In this document: piece by piece, positions 62,956 through 64,000 of the stretch
Numbering within the stretch: the first letter of the stretch is position 1
Layout of the letters: each line of letters opens with the position of its first letter
NCBI GenBank assembly: GCA_963736855.1
Contig: CAVTQK010000021.1
Location: 224,001 to 288,000 of the forward strand
DNA length: 64,000 nucleotides
DNA from: an uncultured delta proteobacterium
Lineage (GTDB): Bacteria; Desulfobacterota; Desulfobacteria; Desulfobacterales; UBA2156
Direction: 5' to 3'
Translations under genes and position numbers: made by a program
Notes under the pieces: generated by a model
What the model saw: the letters and a program-made list of their open reading frames with translations, nothing else
The model's database searches: none
What the model was told of the DNA's origin: nothing

Positions 62956-64000
62956 GAGACGTTTGAAAAACTCTTCAGATTTCGGGTTTTAGATTTTTGG
63001 GAGAATTTTCAGAAAAGTTTAGGGTTTATGGTATCGAGTTTGATTCATTTTTTGTTCCAACGCAACGGAGAATCGGGCTCTATTCCGTCTCGATTTTCAT
63101 CATTTTCATGCCGAGTTCCTTCAATTTTACTCTTTGGGCGCACCTCCTCGTTTTATATGAACGCCAGTTTTAAAATTCTCAATCCTCTTTTTATATTGAA
63201 CGCCGCCTGTCGGCACCAGCAATCGAACTTGTTTTTGGGGATGTTGGGAAACCGAGCCCTGATAGGCATGATCGTGAAGATGACTCAACCCGAAATATTG
63301 TTCGACCATGTATCGGATCTTCGAGATCTTTTTGTTTCGTTCAATTTCATAAGGAGTTAACTTGGCCGTCGTTGTATCTTTTCTCATGATGCCGTCTTCG
63401 ATTTTATTTTCGGCAAGGAAAGCTCCGGTTTGGCTCTCCGAAATATCCTTTATCGGCATATGCCTTTTTAATGGGTTGTTTCGTATGACGGGAAAAGACC
63501 GTGCAATACGGAAAGTAGTTGGTATCGCTTTCGGAAGCCGGAGTGAGGGTTGTGGCCAGGATAAAGCCGTGGTTCACATCCACCGAGGCATGTTCTTTCA
63601 ACCCATAATGGGGGTTATTTTCATCCTTGGCATTCCAGTCTGATTCCAGGTCTCGGGTATACTTTTTGGGTTTGCCGTTTTTATCGAGTTTTCCTTCCGG
63701 GGTTTGGGGTTTATCTCTCAGTTCCTTGATTTTGTCGTTACTGATGGGGCGGCTTACCGATTGGACCAGTCGGGCATCGACGGCGATGCCTTCGTTGATG
63801 GTCAATCCCTGTCGTTCGAACTGTCTGAGGATTTCGGAGTTGATCTGATCCATGGCATTTTTAGAAAGCCGGCTTCTGAATCGGGAAAAGGTGGAATGAT
63901 CCGGAGAGGGTTTATCCAAGGGAAGCCCCAGGAAGCGTTTGAAGGAAAACCGGTCGTTGATCTGGCTTTCCAGTTCAGGGTCGGATTGAATTCTAAACCA
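62956..64000 (-). mobile_element. IS5-family element (frameshifted transposase, runs off window)
   Basis: FKRFLG..PDHSTFSRFR, AVDA, YGLKEH, ADKGY, KIRYMVEQYF; terminus GAGACGTTTGAAAAA at 62956. Confidence 0.85.

Noticed and set aside
8048..63919. Frameshifts in the epimerase, EB_dh paralog 1, antiporter subunit, SDR, ALDH, capsule gene and IS5 as programmed frameshifting or pseudogenisation
   Set aside because: Scattered single-base indels, several in short homopolymers, in otherwise intact genes look like long-read assembly errors. Real decay cannot be excluded for 58542-60122 and the IS5 without reads.
1..64000. CRISPR arrays, tRNA or rRNA genes
   Set aside because: No regularly spaced repeats or tRNA/rRNA signatures seen by eye.

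Overview
Chromosomal window from an anaerobic, probably Desulfobacterota-like (deltaproteobacterial) bacterium; the taxonomy is inferred from gene content. 0-14 kb holds mixed metabolic genes: a GltD-like flavoprotein, GNAT, DUF2080-like protein, degenerate class III cyclase, O-methyltransferase, OYE flavin oxidoreductase, ThiF/MoaD, two NDP-sugar epimerases, a membrane spermidine-synthase-like protein and DUF4139. 14.5-33.9 kb is a minus-strand bioenergetic block. It has a complex I-like operon (nuoABCDHIJK) with FOUR antiporter-like subunits and no nuoEF in the operon, followed by a cytoplasmic NuoG-like selenocysteine formate dehydrogenase, then a Rieske/cytochrome b operon with two paralogous CX3CH heme proteins. 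Both operons are headed by the same ~136-bp promoter plus structured-RNA-like element. 34-40 kb has a flavin reductase, an HNH nuclease and a TAXI-TRAP transporter. 40.4-62.5 kb is an increasingly AT-rich surface-polysaccharide cluster (MarR-type regulator, ugd, uxs, cysC, wzm/wzt, GTs, GT-C, a second ABC flippase, NeuB/SDR/ALDH cassette). The window ends in an IS3 interrupted by an IS5-family element. Several MITE/REP-like palindromes lie in intergenic spacers. Many genes carry single-base frameshifts, probably sequencing/assembly indels.
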